Source of the DNA: Verrucomicrobiota bacterium
Lineage (GTDB): Bacteria > Verrucomicrobiota > Verrucomicrobiia > Limisphaerales > UBA11358
Assembly (NCBI GenBank): GCA_049516255.1
Contig: JBEKTH010000014.1
Location: forward strand, 4,726 to 68,725
Direction: 5' to 3'
Length of the DNA stretch: 64,000 nt
In this document: piece by piece, positions 63,781 to 64,000 of the stretch
How the letters are laid out: each line of letters begins with the position of its first letter
How positions within the stretch are numbered: position 1 is the first letter of the stretch
Program-made: the position numbers and the translations under genes
Notes under the pieces: generated by a model
What the model saw: the letters and a program-made list of their open reading frames with translations, nothing else
Told to the model about the DNA's origin: nothing
Database searches by the model: none

Positions 63781-63957
63781 TCACAACTTCAAGTCGTCAT
63801 CCGTCACCGCGCCGAGCGAGGCGCTGGTGACGTGGGCTGCATGCTGGGCCAGCACGCCGCGGGTGCAACGGGGCGCGGGCTTTTTCCACGCCTGCTTGCG
63901 CTTCTTCAATTCAAAATGGCGCGGCGAGACCATAAAGCCGTTGGAAAAGTTGGCGCT
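63781..63957 (-). pseudogene. ilvD: 3' remnant of a dihydroxy-acid dehydratase (IlvD/Edd family) gene
   Basis: My own translation gives ...[45 protein letters not shown] then a stop. It matches the IlvD C-terminal motif (W.pP.pr.trGvLakYa.lVsSAs.GAVTD). An in-frame TGA lies at 63958-63960, and the upstream sequence has no IlvD-like frame. Confidence 0.45.
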
Positions 63958-64000
63958 TCAATTCATCCGGGGGAAGCCCTGCCGGGAGCGAGGACAGCAC

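Noticed and set aside
1-64000. tRNA, rRNA, tmRNA, RNase P and riboswitches in intergenic regions
   Set aside because: By eye I found no cloverleaf-like or rRNA-like segments and no recognisable riboswitch cores. The spacers are mostly REP hairpins. This needs tRNAscan-SE or Infernal to exclude formally.

Overview
High-GC (about 60% by eye) bacterial chromosomal window. Gene content and the repeat-encoded pseudo-peptides suggest a PVC/Verrucomicrobiota-like genome (inference only). Most of it is housekeeping: def, parB, infA, frr, ftsB-like, mnmE, dus, ftsH, holA, metH, ppdK, lnt, a GlcD/GlcF-type oxidoreductase and a B12-radical-SAM enzyme. The most notable locus is an 11-gene, translationally coupled respiratory operon (44.6-55.9 kb). 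It encodes alternative complex III (actABCDEF), a small single-TM protein and a cbb3-like module. The CcoN homologue in that module keeps clear homology but has lost all canonical haem/CuB histidine ligands. Its CcoO partner carries a large insertion, and CcoP is replaced by a monohaem cytochrome c. AT-richer accessory patches hold a 7-bladed FG-GAP protein, two paralogous PEP-CTERM proteins next to a 1000-aa secreted protein, a single-ORF cassette bracketed by an 11-bp inverted repeat, and a TPR gene beside an ilvD 3' remnant. The first kb is a mosaic of gene fragments (DUF2961, IS110 transposase, four-helix-bundle protein). At least seven families of short palindromic REP/MITE-like elements are present. 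Several sit in frame inside conserved genes (metH, dus, radical SAM, lnt, possibly mnmE), and others create false N-terminal ORF extensions. I saw no rRNA, tRNA, CRISPR array, integrase or intact transposase. All similarity statements come from memory of protein families, not from searches.
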